64,000 nucleotides of DNA, taken from NCBI RefSeq assembly GCF_004010195.1, contig NC_057751.1:12540908-12604907 (forward strand), written 5' to 3'. Made by a program: the position numbers and the translations under genes. The first letter of the stretch is position 1, and every line of letters starts with the position of its first letter. A model generated the notes under the pieces. That model searched no databases and was not told the DNA's origin. It saw nothing but the letters and a program-made list of their open reading frames with translations. This DNA comes from Chiloscyllium plagiosum. Its lineage: Eukaryota. Below are positions 61,396-64,000 of this stretch, piece by piece.

Positions 61396-62354
61396 TGAAT
61401 TATTTTTCTCTTTTTAAAAGTGTGGAACTATGGAACCAATGGGAAAATACAGACAGCATAATTTTGATGAGTGGTCATTTAAGAAATTCCTATGATTTCC
61501 CTTCCATGTTGTTCACAGTAATGTCCATGATATTAATCTTCGATTTCAGGAGGAGCCTGGGTGATTTAAGAGCCTTGTTAAACTCAATCCTGTGTCACTG
61601 AGAAGTACTAAAACAGAGTAACGGATGTGTCTTGCTGCAGTTCTGATGAATTGTAAATAAATTAACTGAAACAAAAATTGTATACGGCTATGAAGGGAAA
61701 CAGCCACTAACTTGTTTTCCTATTGCCACAGTATTTCAAATTTGTCAGCAGTATTATTTTTTTCCAGAATAGTGTACCTCCATTGACACACTTCCCATGC
61801 AGAGTGACCTCCACTGCATTTTGGGCTCTTAGCACTGACAGAACCCACAGAGTCAGGAAGTTAACTAGTTGGTGCTAATGATATGTCTATTAACAAAATA
61901 AATCATTGGTAAAATACATGACAAGGGTCAAACCATTTTCATCAAATCAGATTCCCAAACTTATGGGAAAGTACCACAGAGGCTATTTGAAGGAGAATAA
62001 TATCATAAGCATCAGATTATTGAAAATTCAAGGCTGAGAAAGCACACATACACTCTTGATTTTTACATTTACAATCAAAGGCTGGGAAATATCACAGGTT
62101 TCCTCTTAAGCAAAGAAAAATACATCAGAAGTGAGGAAATGACTTAAGATCATCTCCAAAAGCAGATCAGAAATTCAGGATGACCATGTTCAAGGATGGA
62201 CAGGTTCCTAGTTGCACTATCCATGAATCAGAGTATAAGCTGTTTCACATCAAGAGTGTCATACGCAAGAACATACAGAGTATAAATTGACTTTTCTAAA
62301 TAGCGTAAAAATAGCCCTTTCAGTATGTCTCCTAATTTCTATTTCCTTTGACAG

Positions 62355-62765
62355 GTTTCAGCCATGGCTCAGCTGACGGTGAATAAGTAGGGTTCTGGGT
62401 CAGTGTTCCACCCCTAAGAATGTAATTCTGGTTGACGCATGCATACCACATTGAGTGTTATCCTGTCTTGGGCGCATCCTCTTGCGCCCCATTCTCTTGC
62501 ATGATGTAAAAGATCCCATGATGCTATTTTGAAGAAGACCAGGGACGTCAGCTACTGCTTCCAAGTCAATCTTTCTCCCTCACTACATCACAGCAGATGA
62601 TTTGTCAGTTGTGAGATTGCTGTTTCTGGGAGCATGGTGTGTGCAAATTGACTGTTGCTTTTCTTGAATTTAAACAGTGATATCCTTCAAAAGTACTTCA
62701 TTGGTAGTGAAAAACTTTGAAATGTCTTCAGCCATGAAAAGGACTACAAAATTGCAAGTCATTCA
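62355..62765 (+). mobile_element. SacSINE1/DeuSINE-like SINE
   Basis: AGCCATGGCTCAG head; GATGTAAAAGATCCCATG.TGCTATTTTGAAGAAGA...ATTGCTGTTT.TGGGAGC.TG.TGTGTGCAAATTG...CTTCAAAAGTACTTCATTGG. Confidence 0.6.
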
Positions 62766-64000
62766 TCTAAAGCAATGTGAATAAAAAATGAGAGATAAAA
62801 CAGCTGAATGAGTCACCGTTACCTATTTTACACTGCAGCACAGAGTTAAACTCCGTCTTATAGTTATAAAATTTCATTTCCTAAAGCTTTATGTCTGTAT
62901 ATCCTAATAATTCCTGATAGGGTTGGATGTTTAATTTTCTTTGATGGTTTCTCGTTTGAAGTGCCTTGGATATTGTTTTTCACTGTGTTGAGGATGCTAT
63001 ATAATTACAAATTGTTGTTGTTGAGGACTTGTTCAAACACAGAAGAAATTGTGCCCCTCCCCCTGTCCTTATCCTGCATAAATGCTTCTCTAATCTTCAG
63101 CTCTATGAATAAGTGAAAAGTCTGCCTACACAGATATAAGCGAGAAATTATCGGATGTAAAACAGCAAATTTTTGGAAAAGTTGAGGTGCAGCAACTTCA
63201 GACTTCTTTTGAAAAAAATGTTTCAAAATATACAGACAGACAAAGGAAAGCAGACAGTGCGACACATGCTTTCCAATCACGGCCCCACGGGTGTCGTGGG
63301 AACAACGGTGTCCTGACTACCAGGGTCAGTCAAGCCCTTAGTCACTTAGTGAATAGACAGTGGGGGCATGGGTCAGCTGGGCTTCTTTTTCTATGCAGTG
63401 TAGACGGTATCTCTGAATTGCACAGCAGCAAGGAGATTGCAATGTTGCTGGAAAACTAGTTGATTCTTTACAGAGGAGAATGATAATAATTATAAAATAG
63501 CTGTTCGAAGAGTCTTCATAATGAATTATGATGCTATTTGAAGCTATCAATGAATGCCCTTTTGTCAGCTCCAGTGTGTGCAATCATTACTTGGGCTTTG
63601 CTTGCTTTGACAACCTGCTGTCATTAAGCTCTTTATTTTCAATGCAGCCATGCTCAACTTGTCTCATTTACAAGTCTCTTCAAAAGTTTGAACCTTAATA
63701 TCGAATCAAATTTTTTTAAAAAAAACAAAAACCACCCCTGGTTTAACTGAGGTTTTAGTTTGAATGTTTGACAGAGATGGGTGAAATGGAGCCTCCAAAC
63801 CTATACGTGACTTTGGTTGTTGGCTGTATGAGTGACAAAAGTGTGCACTTAGGCCTGGAAAGATTTTGACAAGCCCTTTTCCACACCTTGACTTCAGCAC
63901 ATTTTGCCCCAATTCCCACCACCTGCCTCCCATCTCTTCTGGATCCAGAAGGAATTATTGCCTAATCTGGTGGGTAGGGACTGGGAATCCCAGAGGCCAG

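Noticed and set aside
63130..63420. Small CpG-enriched patch (similar ones near 31445-31600 and 38380-39260)
   Set aside because: Too short and weak to call regulatory without conservation data

Overview
This is non-coding vertebrate DNA, very probably from a shark or ray. The evidence is an HE1/V-SINE, SacSINE1-like SINEs and CR1 LINEs with (TCTATGAC)n tails; a bamboo or carpet shark is plausible but only inferred. I recognise no host protein-coding exon, tRNA/rRNA gene or CRISPR array, and the ORFs I could identify are decayed retroelement pieces. The window holds many CR1 LINE copies of several ages, a decayed Penelope-like element (RT + GIY-YIG) with fragments, a tandem Tx1/L1 3' end nested in a solo LTR, a second solo LTR, a Gypsy pol fragment, a Rex1/Babar 3' end, several SINE families and two assembly gaps. 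The most notable signal is ten minimal hammerhead-ribozyme motifs (CUGANGA-A-stem II-GAA-palindrome-H) from about four Penelope pLTR families. Stem II covaries between families, and the motifs mostly sit in 0.1-0.3 kb insertions, several of them fold-backs; six insertions are flanked by 10-14 bp target-site duplications. Hammerheads in Penelope elements are already known, so any novelty lies in these short non-autonomous mini-elements. Family names come from visual recognition without database searches, and boundaries of old repeats are approximate.
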